From IMG/VR virus record IMGVR_UViG_3300045988_098930: a stretch of 64,000 bases of DNA. One strand, 5' to 3'. Within the stretch, counting starts at the first letter, position 1. Each line of letters opens with the position of its first letter. Shown one piece after another: positions 63,803 to 64,000 of the stretch. Source of the stretch: a virus. The notes under the pieces were generated by a model. It saw only the letters and a program-made list of their open reading frames with translations. It was not told the origin of the DNA and ran no database searches. The position numbers and the translations under genes were made by a program.

Positions 63803-64000
63803 GTTGCAGCCGTACTAATTTACCTGCGTCAGTTCGAAAACGTTATCGCCCTTCTTGGGGGCTTCTCTGCGGAACTGAGCACAGTCTGGGTTTGTACAGA
63901 CCCAGCTCTTCCTTTTTTTTTCATTTTGAAACATCCTTCTTCCGCTTTTCATAGCAAGCTGGGCAAAGCAACGCACCGTCATCAAGTAGCATCCGCGTCC

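Noticed and set aside
1-64000. Genome-wide stop-codon reassignment (TAG or TGA recoding, as in some gut phages), prompted by the phage tRNAs and one in-frame TAG.
   Set aside because: The standard code gives long, motif-complete ORFs throughout (TMP, DnaE, NrdD, RT). TAG, TGA and TAA all terminate well-defined genes. The tRNAs carry sense anticodons (UAA, UUG), not suppressor anticodons.

Overview
The window is an uninterrupted stretch of a large (>64 kb) temperate, siphovirus-like tailed-phage genome. No bacterial flank is visible. Strong AGGAGG-type ribosome-binding sites and anaerobic nrdD/nrdG suggest a Gram-positive anaerobic host.

Layout:
- 1-26.8 kb, + strand: late genes. These are a putative tail tube, a 1973-aa tape measure, Dit/Tal-like proteins, a long run of fibre/RBP-like genes, and a lysis cassette (S8 subtilase-SH3b, NlpC/P60-SH3b endolysin, holin-like membrane proteins).
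- 26.8-28.7 kb: lysogeny cassette with a large serine recombinase and a candidate attP.
- 28.7-64 kb, - strand: early genes. These cover nucleotide metabolism (dut, nrdG, nrdD, NrdH-like, nucleotidase, GMP-kinase-like, ThyX-like, MT-A70 methylase) and replication (DnaE, Cas4-like nuclease, primase, DnaB-like helicase, Sak4-like ATPase). They also include two tRNAs, a complete diversity-generating retroelement (DGR), ParB-like, pentapeptide-repeat and HTH genes, two divergent TnpB genes, a tyrosine recombinase and many small ORFs.

Most notable:
1. A full DGR (target-Avd-TR-RT) has 15 TR-adenine-specific TR/VR differences. A 12-nt poly-G tract puts the target gene out of frame with its only SD+ATG start, which suggests a phase-variable gate on a hypervariable gene.
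2. The DGR RT reading frame ends inside the anticodon loop of a tRNA-Gln.
3. nrdD is invaded twice, by a putative group I intron carrying an HNH endonuclease and by a LAGLIDADG intein.
4. Two divergent TnpA-less TnpB elements lie 1.3 kb apart.
5. The integrase cassette is bracketed by direct copies of a conserved terminator hairpin and by a 14-bp inverted repeat.

All functional calls rest on motif recognition by eye. No database search, RNA folding or statistics could be run.
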